NCBI GenBank assembly: GCA_008632985.1
Contig: QPGO01000002.1
Coordinates: 682,001-746,000, forward strand
Length of the DNA: 64,000 bases
Source: Psammoneis japonica
Taxonomy: Eukaryota
Direction: 5' to 3'
Positions within the stretch are counted from its first letter, which is position 1, and each line of letters starts with the position of its first letter. A program made the position numbers and the translations under genes. Shown piece by piece: positions 11,501-24,640 of this stretch. Below the pieces are notes generated by a model. It was not told the DNA's origin and searched no databases. It saw only the letters and a list, made by a program, of their open reading frames with translations.

Positions 11501-13870
11501 GCATCAGTTCTTCAGGACAAACGGGAGTCTGGGCATTCTGGAAGGGACAAGTGCCGTAAACACCGGGGTCACACAACCTTTGATGTTCCATGTTTTGAGC
11601 TGGTGCTCTCCACTTTACACCTGTGACAAGCTGGAAATCGGCTTCGTAGATGTGAACAACACGCAACCGGTGAATTTTGGTGTTGCCGGGCTCCTTGAAT
11701 GTCATGACGTTGACCATGTCCTTCCAACGGTCAAAAGAACAACCCCATTGTAAGGCATGATTCAGAAGATTGAGGTGAATTTGGATCAAGGTTCATTGAA
11801 TGTTGTCCAATGGAACACAATCGGAATCGTCTTCTTGGTCCAACGCAGGGGCGTCCGAACATTGGTGAGGCACACACATGGCTTTCCAGTGTCCCAGATG
11901 CAACCCAGAACACAGGGATGTAGAAGTTGACTCCTTCCAGCTTTTGATCTTGCCCTCTAATTCTACCTCGGTTAAATGTTCCGACACCGAAACAGGGGAT
12001 CGGCATTTCAAACAGGCAATGAGTTGAGCTGTGGCATCGTTGAGAGAAGAAGTGTTGCAATTGCTGTCCAGCATGAGTTCCGCCACAACAGCATTGCCTT
12101 TGAATCCAAGGTCCACAGACAAGGGAGGAACAGCAGGAGGAGCACCATGTGCCTGCCCAAAATGCTTCTGGCTCCGCACACGAAGAGCAGTTGCAACGTC
12201 TTCTGGAGTGTCGAGTGTCATCCAATCGTCGCATTCCTTGGGATGCACATTCGGGTTCCAAGGGACTTGAATGCTGTCAATGCCGGTGTCCCATTCAGCC
12301 TTGCACGATTTGATCTTCTTGAAAAGTCCAACCATTTCTTCTGCTTTTTGTGCATTGCGAAGAATTGAAGCTTGTTTTCGGGACTGTTTGGTCCCGTCCA
12401 AATCGAGAGCTGCAATTTTGGCTGACATTTCCCGCTCACGATGCACGACACTGTCCGCTGCAATCTTCTTGCAATCTGTTTGAGCTTCTCGCAGGGCTGC
12501 TTGGCATTCTTGCAGTGTCTTGGGAATGACAAAGGATCCTTTGAGTTCATCACAAATCCATTGAATCTGGGATGCGCAATTGATCTTGGCGCGCATCATG
12601 GAAACTGTGCGAGAGAAAATACAAACACGATGACGAAGGTCTGCCAACTCTACAGACCAGTCGGGTTCACGATGATGCCTGCAACATTTGGCCGCCGCTA
12701 AAGAAAACTGTAAAAGGTCGCGATCCAATCTCTCTGCCAAGTCGTGATTGGGTTCGCTGAGTGCCAGGAGCTGTGCAGATCTTTCCAATGCAGAGCAACT
12801 CTCCAACACAGGACCGATGGCTTTCAAATGCGCCATGACCTGAGGTTTAGATGATGCTTGGACATCTCAAAAACATGCTTTGGGAAGATCAACCGCAGGG
12901 TTTCCAAACAATGCCATTGTGTCAAAGTCAACGTAATGCGCCCGGTGGTCGGAAGCAATGCGACACCCAAAGGCTTCGCACCCTCCCAGTCTGACAGCAG
13001 ATGAAGCTCCCGGCAAGGCTAGAATGAAGTCGAGGCGTTTTGATCCGCGGGTGTGCGTGGAGAAGTCAGTGTTTCCAATGATGTTGAAGAAGACGTCTGA
13101 CAAATTAAACCATTGCGCCAAGCTCGCCAAAGAATCCGCATCAAATTCGAAGTCCATGTTAAAATCGCCAAACAAGATCACTTCTCTGTTGGATTTGGCT
13201 GTGAACTCTTGGAGAATCCGAGATGAATCCGTGCAAAAGGCTTTGCGTGGGTCCACTGCTTTGGCTCCATTCTGTCAGAGGAGACATTGTTGCTGAGCAA
13301 ACGTGGCAGTTTTCCCTGGTTGGCGTTGGTTTTTGGCGCAAACTCTGCAGCACGAAACGAACACAACTTGTCGTCCATTGCGGCCATCGAATGCTTGAAT
13401 GGACCATCGCCCGAGGGGATCAGAAAGTTGGGACCTGTGCCGCGCAGACACAGCATTGCACGAGAAGAGAGCTGTTCCGCCAGGTTTATGTTGCGTTGAG
13501 AAGGGGTGGAACTGGTGGAGAAAGTGCCTCGGCCACGCAGCAGAGAATTGGAAACCGTGGACCTGCATGCTGAAAGAATGTCAAATTGTGTCATGTCCAA
13601 ACACACTTCCGATGTGCCAACAATGTCGGCTTGGATTTCATTGGCCACCTGGCAGCATTCGTTGATGTTGCCACCACGCTTGTCAAACTTGCATCCATTG
13701 GCATTGAAGGCGTGTGGTCGTGTGTGGTGTAATGACTTGGGGCGAAGGCTGTCGCCGACAGGTTCATTGGTTTTCAGGCGTGAAAAATCCATGCATCGAT
13801 CAGCCGGCGGATGGCAACTTTGTCCATTTAAAAGGGATTGCCACGCAGACACGTTTTTTGCAGGAGAGGG
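8538..13870 (-). pseudogene. LINE ORF2 (endonuclease, reverse transcriptase, RNase H), disrupted
   Basis: Consecutive minus-strand ORF fragments 13178-14203, 12867-13256, 11793-12836, 10572-11789 and 9264-10553 carry the domains in the expected order. Confidence 0.88.
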
Positions 13871-14081
13871 GTTTCCACTCATGATTGGGCCATGCTTCTC
13901 CAAAGAGAAGACTGGGGCTTGTAGCGAGGAAGTAAATTGGAACCACAATGGAGCAAGAAAGGTTGGTGCTTGCCAGTGCATTGGAAAACCCATGCAAGGG
14001 ACAGCAAAGATGTGCGTTGATGAATGTTGGGAGGGCGCCCAATGGTTTGTGGAGACGGAGGTGGCAAGATCCATCTCCATG

Positions 14082-15801
14082 CTAAAAATCCGAGTCTTTC
14101 CCATCATTGCTTTGGTTGGGAGTCTGATTTTGGTTTTGTCGCTTTCTCGTGGGACCAGGGGAAGGGGCTGACCGGGATGCTTGGAGCAACTGGATGATCT
14201 CATTCATCTGATCTTGCACACCTGACATTTTCTCCGAATGTTGTGATTGCGTGTTTTGCATTTCATTGGCATGTTCATCACGTAGTTCACGAAGGGCCTT
14301 TTCATGACGGGATTGCATTTGGGTCATTGTTCACTGGACCTCAGCCAATTGAACGGATGCAATTGAAGAGCTCGACAATGATTGAGCAATCTGAGAATGA
14401 GACGCCTGCGGAGACGCAATGCCAGGACAGCCGGTGCAACCACAACTTGGAGTTTGAAATGATGGTGGATTCGTGAACATTTGAGGAGGGATGGGATGGG
14501 CAGCTGACTCACCACGACCCTTGAAGAGCGGAGCGGCCAGTGCCTCTGCCAGACGAAGGGTTGGGCGGATGGATGGTGCAAGGAGCATCAACATTGGTCA
14601 AGGGAGACACATCTGAAAAGGTGAGAGACTCCAGGCTGCGGATGCCAGCCAACATGATTGATTTGCTGGCATCTGAAACTTTGTCAAGAACTCCGGAAAC
14701 CTGAGGAAGATCTTCAAATGGGGGAGTTGGGTGAGCTTCTTTAGGGAGATTTGGAGTTTCATTCAGAACACACGTTGAAATCTCAGCTTGGGCCTTTTTG
14801 AATTGAGCGCGGTGGACCAGGATGTTGTGTCTGCCAGTGGACAATGCGGAAGGGGAGGGAAAAATGTCAATTGTGCCCTGGATTGCTTCAATGTGATTCT
14901 CCAAGCAGAACATCATGTCCGCAGTCATGTGCAACAACGGCACGACGAAGGCATTGTTGTTGCGTTGGGCTTGCATTTTGACTGCATTGTAAAAGGCGAG
15001 TGGAGACACGCAACGGGTTTTTGCCACAAGGATGTGAGTCGGAAGCTTGTCAGATGCACACAAAAGGGTTTTTGCTGTGGTGCGACAGTCCTCTTGTTCA
15101 ACTTCAACCAAAAAGGTCGCCGCACAAATTGGCACTGAGGTTCTGTTGTCATCTGCTCAAACGGAAGTGGGAGCTGAGCGAAACTTTGGCATCTTGGTTT
15201 TTAAATCTCCAAGATCTTTGACAAACAACTTCGTAGCAGCATCAACGGGAGTGTGTTTTGATGCAGTTGCAATAAAATGTGCTGGACTGGCCGTGTCAAT
15301 GACAGATTCATTCCAACAATGACGCTTCAAACCCATGTTGTTTGCCTCCAAAACATTTTGAATGTTGGGGTGAGAACGAATGTCGCGTGGGGGCACTTTC
15401 GTGAGGATGCGGTGACACAAACGATGAGTGACGGGATGGTTCTCGCCACTGCGAGTTGTCGAAATCTGGAAGTGGCACTCATGTTGGAGAGCAGAAACCC
15501 ATTCGGCGACATTGACATTTGCAATTCTGGCATTGTTGTTGTCCAACACCTGAACTTCGTCATGGAACGTAAACAGGATCTGACTGAGAACTTGGAGATG
15601 AGAAGTCACGAGAGCCATTGGTTTGCAAGCAGCCTCTGGACCGCAAATGTCAAAGCAAACGGCAATCTCTTCATGTTGTTGTTCTTTTGGTTTTGACAAC
15701 GGTTTGAGAGAAGCTTGATCAACAGCAATGTCGTCAGCAATGGTTGCATCTTCATTTGCAGAAGTGGTGTTGCTGCCGTCAGCGGCGGAAGACGATGCCA
15801 T
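14082..15801 (-). pseudogene. LINE ORF1, disrupted
   Basis: Fragments 15157-15801, 14509-15135 and coiled-coil 14082-14327 lie immediately upstream of ORF2 on the same strand. Confidence 0.65.
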
Positions 15802-18800
15802 GGTGATCGGTGTTTCTACGGCAAGCCTGGCATTGAAAACATGCAGGTAAATTCAATGCCAACAAATGCAGAAAAGCAAACAAACAAGGACAGGACAGAA
15901 GAGAGCAAGGGCTGTTGATGAAGATTGGCTTGAGGCACATGAGATTCCATGAAGTGTTGTTGAGCCTCATGAGGTTGTTCACACATTCCGGCTGTGGCCA
16001 GTGAATTTGAGAAAGATGGGTGCATCAGATCAAAGAGACTGTGTGGGAAATGGATTGTTGGCAAATGTGATGCACAAGATGTCATTTTCTGAGAATCACC
16101 AACTTGAACCGCAGAAGCTCCAGCACATGCTGTCTGCCAATGCTGAGTTCCTTCCCTTGGCAGCTGATGAACAAAGCCATGTCAACTCCAATGTTTGGCT
16201 CTGTGCAGCTGTGATGCCGCTGTCATGTGCTTTGTCAGAAGGCAATGAGGAAGAGGGGCACTCAGATGTGCAGACTCCAAATAACCTGCTTCAACATGTG
16301 GAAATGTTGGTTCATGGATGCTTGGGAAGGGTTTTTTTTTTTGCAATGAGCACTGGTTGTGTGCCACGCCAAAACATCAACCTGAAAGATGCTGGACCAG
16401 CCCCAGGTTTTTGTTGCAGCCATCTGCCAAAATCTGACAGTCTGTGCAGTGGATCCAAAAAAGGGTGTTGGGCATGCTGCAAACATTCTGTCATTTCAAG
16501 TTCAAACAAGCCAACAAACACAGCTTTGTGAGCTCTCATCAAGGATGAGACCAGTCAAGTCTTGCAGCACACTTTCACGTGATCTTTGTAGAAGGGCAGC
16601 AGAGGCAATGGCTCAGCATGTTGATCTTGGAACTCACAAGCCTCCCATTTGTTCTGGGGACAATGTCAACACAAAGGATGGTCAGGGCAGTGCTGCTGAA
16701 CAGACAGCAATGCCATTGCAGGCACCTTTGATTGGTGAACTGCCCCACAATCAGGGTCCTCCACTCAATTGAAAGTGCACAGATTGGAGCAAATGGGTGA
16801 AGCCAAGCACTGATGATGAAGCACCAGCAGCATTCTTGCCAAGCAAAAAAGACAAACATGGAATTGGGGAAGTGGCACTGTCTGACTTTGCTGCCATTCT
16901 GCACAATCTTGACATGATGCCGTGGGGGGTTGAGGAGTGCAACAAATTGTGCTCTCCTGCATGTTTGTTTGTCACCACCAAGAAGATCCCATGTGTCTTT
17001 GGTGGCAGGTTGGCAACAAGCAAGACATTCAATGGTTTTGTTCCAGTTGGCAGGATCATGAAGAGCAGATTGTTGATGGGACAGTCCAAATCAATGCAGT
17101 GTGGAACAAGAGCCACACACATCCTTGTCCAATTCAAACATGACATTTGGGTCACAGGGAACTGCATGGCATCGTGGATGCATTGAAAATTGTCAAGCCA
17201 ACAATCAGATGGCAGCACATGAGAGTGCACTCTTGCAAGGCCTTGACATGCCTGCAGTTGAAAGGCCAATGTCCGCCAATTCTGCACTCTTTTTGGTGGA
17301 CGGTGCAATGGCAGAAATGGTGGGCTGGATGTTGGACAAAGATGCATCAAATGCTGTCTGAAAGCACAGCAAGTTGGTTGTTGTTCCTGGTCCTTTCCAT
17401 TGGAAGAATGACACTTTTAAAAAAGCCAGTCATTCAAATGAAGATTGGGCTGCACACATTGGAGATCAGCTTGCTCAAAAGGATGGGGAGAGTGCCTTGG
17501 AAGAAAATTTGTCATTTCTCATTGACTTCTCTGACCCAACCATCCCTGAAAAAAAATGTGCGCTGAAGCTTCAATGGTGGCAATTCTGGCTGCAGTCTGC
17601 TGGAGCATGAAGGTGTCAGGAAGGCAGCAAGCATCACCAGCAGATGCTCATAACTGGATGATGGAGCAAGCCACAGAAGTGAAGCCCTCAAACAATGAAC
17701 CTCATTTGAGTGCATTTTGATTGTCTCATCATGAGGCACTTCAAGCATTCATTCAGAAATGATCTGTGGGATTGTGGGGTTGATGCTTGAGTGCAGCTTG
17801 ATTGAGCATGCCAGTGCAGGCCATGATGCGTGGAACTCTTTGCTCCAGGATGGCTGGAGATCTCTTGCAAGATGCTGCAGTGTGCTGGTCCCAGACGGAG
17901 AAGGCAGTTGTAAAGATCAGTTGTTTGTGTTAAAGAGTGAACCAGAGGAGTGTGTTGAATGTGACACCATGCAAGAGAAACATGTCTGGGTCATTTGTGA
18001 GAGAATCAGTGATGAATTGAAAAGGGGGCATCAACCCAAAATGATTGAGGAAGCAACCCAAGCCACAGCCTTGCAAGCAAACAAGAGGCATGCAAAGCAT
18101 GCAATCAAGTGCCTTGGTTGAGAAGAAGAGGAGCTGTTGGAAACAAAAAAACCTTTGTTGGGCTGGACACAGAACAAATGGGCAACAAAGTCTTGTGTGC
18201 AAACATTTTGATTGTTGACAAGGAAAAGTTTTTCTTGCCGGGTCCATCAGAAAATGAAAAAAAATGACAAGTCTCTCATTTTGGCAAGAGACAGAGAGCT
18301 GTTGGATGCAAGACAACTTGATGCACAAAAGATTGGAGCAGAGAGGTGGAAAAGGTGCATTTCTAAATTTCTTGTCAAGAGTCAGCATGAGGTCCTTCAA
18401 AAAAGAAAAGGACATTGGCCTGGAAAGGATTCCAGCTGCAAGCTAGAAAATGGCCAACAAAATTGAGCAACGCCGGATCAGACGAGTGTCTGCTGACATT
18501 GAAGAGTTGAAGAAGAGCAGGACCAAAGAAGAGATTCATGACAAGTTTTCCATTTTAGAGCCATGTCTGAGTTGTGGTAAAAAGCGGAGGGCTCAAGCAG
18601 TCATTGATTTGACACCTGCAAAACTGAACGGAACAACCAAGATGTTCTTGGTTGGTCATCTTGTTCAATTGAGACAGACACTTTTTTGCCATTGGCCAGA
18701 ACTTGTTCCAACTTTGGGCAACGGCATCAGGGACAAACAGGCAGGAGATTCAACCACATCATGAGAGAGGGGACAGGAAATGCTGTGTGACAAGTTTTGT

Positions 18801-20487
18801 GCACAGAGGGAGTGCCCAGTGCCCAGTGCATGTGGATCCATTCCATCTTGAAAGAAAAGATTTGTTGTGGTCGCAGCTGAGACAATCTGCAGCAATTGTT
18901 TGCATTGCACACATCAGGTGCAATCTGCTCCACTTGTTTTGAAGCCTTGCTCAACCTCAACAGAGTCACAGAGAGAGAGAGCAGCAAATGACAGGCTCAA
19001 GTTGCAGTTCTTTGGCTGAATCTTGACACAGTGTCAGCAGCATCTGGTGTGCTTGTGCAAGCTGAGCGTTGGATCACTCAGAGTTCAGAATCCAATTTGA
19101 TGATGCACGATGTGTGACAGGTGTTTTGGCTTGTCTCCTTTGAGTTCTTGACAGTTTCACACTTTCAAAGCTTCACTTTCCTCTCTGAGCAAGTCTCACT
19201 CTCATTGTCATCAAGCAACCATGGAGCAGTGCTGTTGTCCCCAGTCATGCATTTGATGCAGTCATTGTCAAAAGGAAGGTTCTCACAGTTGAGGCCAATG
19301 ACAATTCTCTTTGAATGAGGTGGGATGGCTTCATCTGGTGGAGCAACTCCATTTTTGCATGGTGCGCCAACACTTTGCTCCAAAACAAGGGACAACTTGC
19401 AGTTGACTGGAACATCTTGCCCCAGTTCCACAGCATCAACCACAGATCTCTTGGCAGCCACCACTGCTCTGTGGACAGGTTGTGACATTGCATGGTGTGG
19501 CTTCACCTGCAAATCTTCACAAGCATGTTGGTGCTTTCCTGAATGCTTTTTCCACTTGCTCTGTTCCTGGCATGCTCATCCAGTGCTTCCTGAGTGTCAG
19601 AACAAAGCACGCAAGGTCCAGGAGAGCACTCACTGGAAAAGGTGGGACGTTGATGTGTGCATTTCAATCTGATCAATTTCCTTTCTTTTGTCATCTGGAG
19701 ACAAGCCACAACACCAATTTGCTGCAATGAGCTTCTCTTGAAGTGTCCCTGCATCAATGATGAGGGACACTGGCAAGCAATGTCCATTTGCAGCAGTTTT
19801 TGTTCCTCATGGGAGTGCTTCTCTGAGATTTTTGTGCAGCTCAGTCTGGAGAGCTTTGGATCTGTCCATGTGTCATTGTTGTTGTCCTTCATGTTGTTTG
19901 GCAGCATGGCATTGTTGACAAGAGCCTCGACTCCATGAATCTTTGCTGCTGGAATTGGAGCTGTGGATCTGGCTGGTGATTGTGGAAGCATTTTCCCCAC
20001 CTTGCACACATTGCCATTGTTGGCACCAGCTGCCCCGATTGGCGGCAAGCTTCCTTCATCATCACTTGGGTCAGGTGTGGCAGTGTCAACAGAAGGCATT
20101 GGGCACATTGCAGCACACAAAATGGAAGCCCCTGGGAGCCATCTTTTGCCATCATCGTTGGCATTAAATTTTGCAAATTGTGGTTTGTGTTGCGGAATTT
20201 CGCCCCTGCTGCTCTGACGGACAGAATTTTTCAAGCCAGCAGCTGGCTGCAGAAGGATCTTCAATCTGTTGGTTGATTGTGATGTGTCATCATTCTGGCA
20301 GCACCCATCCAACAAGCTTGGACGTGGGTGGGGCTGTGCTTCAGCCAATGCCTTTGAACAGAATGATTGATGCAGATTTGGAAGATCATGGTCCAACAAA
20401 AAAGAGGGACACAATGTTTCCTCCCAGATCCCCTTCCATCATTTTTGACTTGCCCACACACCAGCAGCATTGTCACCATGGTGGTCC

Positions 20488-21773
20488 GTGGAGTCAACAT
20501 GGAGGCACTTGCCCAACACTTCTCACTTTCAGTTGCCAGTCTCCCCAGATCAATGTTGGCAACAGAAAAAGGAAAGGCTGCCGAAAACAACACTGCTGCC
20601 ACAACACAGTTGTTGTCCATGGTGTGCAAAATGTTCAGCGCCAATCAGCCCAACAAGAAAACATTGCACAACTTTTTTGGCAAGGACATTGTGGCAGAGC
20701 AAGTGCAAATGTGGGGCGGTCTGCATGAGGAGCAACACCACACCATCAGGGCACAAAGGGTTGCTGATGAATCACCCACTTTATGATGCCGCGCAGGGTC
20801 TGGATGGTCATCTGTCAGGCACTCTGTTCCACATGCAAATGCTGTTGAAAGCTCTTTTGCATGCATGCATGGAGCCAAGCGCTGTTGGAGCCAAATTGGT
20901 TGCCAAACTCACAGCCAGGAAATTGGAGCTCATTTGTCCAATGAAAACGGGGTTCCACTCAGATGAACTCTGGCTGGAGAGGCACACATGCATTGCCACA
21001 CTCAAAGACTTTTGTTTTTAAGGCCAACTCAATGATGACCACTGGGCCAAGTCTCCATGGCATGACCATTGCCTGGGATGAAGCCAGTTGGCAACTGCAA
21101 AGCCTGAGAGGGCTGGTTGATTGGGGCAGTTTGTGCAATGGCAAGGTTTTGCACACAAGCATTCTTGTAAATTGTTTGGATCCACAGTGCTGGTCCAGCA
21201 GTTGCCCTTCAAGTTTGGGAGTCTTCACCATGCAAAAACACCGGTTCCATTGGGTGACTTCCTGAATCATGCTCATCACAGTGCCTTGCCATTCCAAAAC
21301 TGGGGTGCAAGATCTTTGAAGCATGTGAACCACAAGAGTCAGCAGCACCAAAAGCATGCAAGAGTCAGCAGCACCAAAAGCATGTCATTGTTGAGGGTCT
21401 TTGTCAAAAATTGCTTCGGCAAAGTTCGCTGCAGTTGCGTTGTGTGAACCAGGTCTGTGCTCTGAAGTGTGGGGGGAATTTACCACAAGACACGCCATCT
21501 AGAATCTGCAAAGGTCACACCAGTTTCAAGTCATTGTCTTGTGGCCTGTGGAACCACAGCAACAGGCAATGTGTTTGGCTTGCTTGTTTTGGACAAGCGG
21601 GATGTGGAGGAAAGAGTTTTTGGCCTGGGATGTGTGGGGCACAGAGTTTCACTTGTTTCCCTGACATTGATTGCGTCTGCACTCAAGACGCAACTGACAC
21701 CATTCATCAGGCTCAAAGTCTTTAGGAAGCTTGTCTTTCCTGGCAACAAAGATGACATCCTGCAGTCTGTCCC
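20488..21773. repeat. Dispersed repeat, copy B (hypermutated homologue of 2203-3450)
   Basis: Colinear with copy A, with almost all TA and most CG changed to TG/CA. Has an extra ~27-bp internal duplication near 21334-21385. Confidence 0.9.
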
Positions 21774-23351
21774 TGGCCAGGAAAATGGAGCTTGTTTGTC
21801 TGATGAGTGCACAGTTTGATTTGAACAAACTCTAGAGAGGCACCCACACATTGCCACAGATGCTGTGCTGTTAAATGTCACTCAAAGACTTCCATTTGGC
21901 AACCACTTTCACTTCTTTTTTGTTGAGAAATGGACATTTGGGTCTTGTGCTTTTTGTGCGAACGATCATTTTCAAACCGGGTGTTGCATGCAAACAATTC
22001 ACCTCCCTTGTTTCCACACCTGAAAAGGACAATCACCTGATGCAAGCCCAGATTGTTGCCACATTGTTTTGAAAATCAATGTTTGACAATTTCAATCTTT
22101 GGCTGCAATGCCTGGAATGGTCATTTGCAGCAGGAGCCTGAGAGCCTTGTTGGAGCCCCCTTCTTGTGTGCCTGAAGCAACCAAGGAACTCATTCAATGC
22201 CAATGACATGCCCTTCATTTTCCTGCCATCAAGCTTCTTTCTGCTGAAGACAAGAAAGTTTCTTTCTTGTTGTCAACCAGGAAAGAACCACACAAACCTG
22301 ACAGTTGTCTCTCTGCAGTCAAAGTTTTGTTGACAACCGGGCTCTCAACTGGAGTTCTCTTGTCAATGAAATCCATCTCACAGGGGTGCAAAAGTTTGCA
22401 ACACATCATGTCTCTCTCCCTCTGGGGTCATGCCAAACAGACCCACCCCTGCTTTTTTTCTTGCCTCCAGACAGCAGGCTCAACTTGTGAAAACAGAAAG
22501 CTGGCCTCATCCAGCAAAACTGACAATCCTCATCAGCTCCAAATCGTCCAAAAAAGCACCTTCTTTCCACTCAATTTCATCAAAAAAGCTCACAATGGTG
22601 CCCCACTGGCTGGCCTCCTTTTTGTCAAAGTCCTCATTGAGGCTCGTTGGTGCCACAGAGAGTGTGGCCATGTGGCAAAGCAAGCTTGAGAAGTGGGTCT
22701 GCATGCCTTGATTCTTCATCCCCAGCTTGCTTGACATCATGAGCATCTGAGCACGCTCAAGCTGCAAATAAAATGTTCTTGGACAGCTCATCTTGAAAAC
22801 GCATGTGTGCTCATGCCTGGTCATGCTCCACTTTTTCTGCTTGAGGTTGCTGGCATGGACAACAAGAATGGTGTGGGTTGCAGGAGGTGGATGTGCAAGA
22901 GGCTTTCGCTGTGTTCCCTCCCTCGCCTTCTTAAAAATGCTGCCATTGCAACCTGGCTGCAGGGTGTGAAGTGGACAAGAGGGATCCTGGCAGGTTGGGA
23001 CAACATTTGAAGAGTCAGTTCAAGTGTCACAAAGGCCTTGTAGAGATGATGGTTCATTGTGCTGGAAGGTGGCCTCCAGAGCCTCCAGCTGCACCCTCAC
23101 CACGGGACCTGCAACAGTGGGACAACAAGTTGACGCAGTTGGCACAGCAAGCGCTGGCTTCTGCAAGGTCTTTGCTGAAAGTGCCAAGTGACAAAGATGT
23201 CACCAAGACAATGCTCATGGATTCCAAAAACATGAGGTTGACTCGCACCACCTTTGATCTTCCAGCTCCAATTCCTGAGAACCAACCATTTGACCTGCAG
23301 GATGTGCAGAATGAAAGTGGCAACAAGATGCGCAGAACTCAATGCGGCACA

Positions 23352-23511
23352 TTGGTTGAGTGAAAACGTCTCATCTGAGCTGCTTGGTTGAGTGGCATTT
23401 TCTCAGCTCAGCCACTTGGTTGAGCAGCATCTTCTCAGCTGAGCAGCTTGGTTGAGCAATGTCTTCTCAGCTGAGCAGCTCGGTTGAGAGGCATTTTCTC
23501 AGCTGAGCCCC
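23352..23511. repeat. Minisatellite, 5 x 32 bp (ttggttgagNNgcattttctcagctgagcagc)
   Basis: Five adjacent units, each containing the palindrome CTCAGCTGAG or a 1-nt variant. Confidence 0.9.
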
Positions 23512-24454
23512 GTGAGTGCAGGGCCGTGGAGTTTCAGGCAGCTCTAATTTCAGTGCATTGACACATTTGTCATTCACAGCCAACCCCACAACACACAACC
23601 TAGAGTTTTACAAGATGCAGCCACTGCCAACTGGTGCTCCTTGGCAATTTGGCACTTGAGAAGAATGACGACACAAATCCCCGACAAAGCAAACCCTCTC
23701 CAGGTGCATTGTGGCCACGAATGCCGGGGGCCCACAACTTGTCATGCTTGATTGTGCTTTGAAGGTGGCCCCACCATGCCCCAAAACCCATGTTTTGTCC
23801 TTCAGGAAAGTGCTTGTCTAAAACATTGAAACACTTGGCACAGAGACGTTCACGATTGGCCTCCGTTTCCTCAGAAAGAAAACTTCGGACGTGGTCGGGC
23901 AGACAGTTTTTTCCATGCATGTCAGCTCTGACCTTGCCAGGGACCTTTGGGCACCACGGACCTTTGGGCCAGTGCCAAACACCAACTTGAAGGCCAAAAC
24001 AGCAGCCAGATTCTTGACAAAACTTTGGTGAGCAGACTTGGGGCTGCAGCGCGACTTGCCTTCCCCAACAGCAGATGGAACCGTCAGATCCTTAATTTCC
24101 TGGTGGCAAGCAATGAGGTGCTGCAACCGCTTCCGTTCACCCAGAGGCATGGGAATGACACCAGGTTCCACAGCAGCAGCATGAGCAGATGCAGCCGGGG
24201 ATGGTGCAGTCTTGCGCCTCTTGGAACTGCCCTTGGCAGCGGAAGCAGCAGTGGCCTGGCGCTTGTGGCTGGGTCTGGTGGCACGCGCACCAGCTTCGCT
24301 GCCAACAGCTGCTGAAGGACCAGCACCAGCACCACGTCTCCCAGCATTCGCAATCTGGGAAAACCTCTGCCTTGATGCCAAATGAGCAGACGTGGTGGTG
24401 GGAGCGAAGATGGGTCTGAAAATGCAGGAAGAAAAGATCAGGTGAGTGACGTCC

Positions 24455-24640
24455 TTTAGCTGAGAAAAAATTCATCAAAAAGCTCAGCTGAGCACTCAGC
24501 TGAGCCAATGAGGGATCATTGAGCTCAGCTGAGTGGGCAGGAAAAAACGCTCAGCTGGAGAACAGGACTCAGCTGAGTGACAACCAACCCCAAAAAAAAC
24601 AGCAGTGTGTCGCGCACGTGCAGCAGCGCACAGCTGAGAA
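24455..24640. repeat. Cluster of CTCAGCTGAG palindromes
   Basis: About 7 full or partial (CT)CAGCTGAG motifs in under 200 bp; same motif as in 23352-23511. Confidence 0.8.

Larger units (their letters stand above)
8386..15880 (-). mobile_element. Near full-length decayed non-LTR retrotransposon (ORF1 + APE-RT-RNaseH-CCHC ORF2), Ambal-like diatom LINE
   Basis: APE motifs (NANG, VILFGDFN, THTRGSKRLDFIL, SDHRA), RT motifs (KEPGN.KIHRLRVVHIYEAD, SCHDR, GMGQGSG.S, GCADD, KTLG), RNase H (QWVKGHQD, LN.RAD.LA) and Zn knuckle CVHC...HIL*C. Many stops and frameshifts. Candidate 20-bp TSD at 8366-8385 / 15881-15900 (2 mismatches, low complexity). Confidence 0.88.

Noticed and set aside
23352..23511. 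CRISPR array
   Set aside because: The units are contiguous with no unique spacers, there are no cas genes, and the context is eukaryotic.
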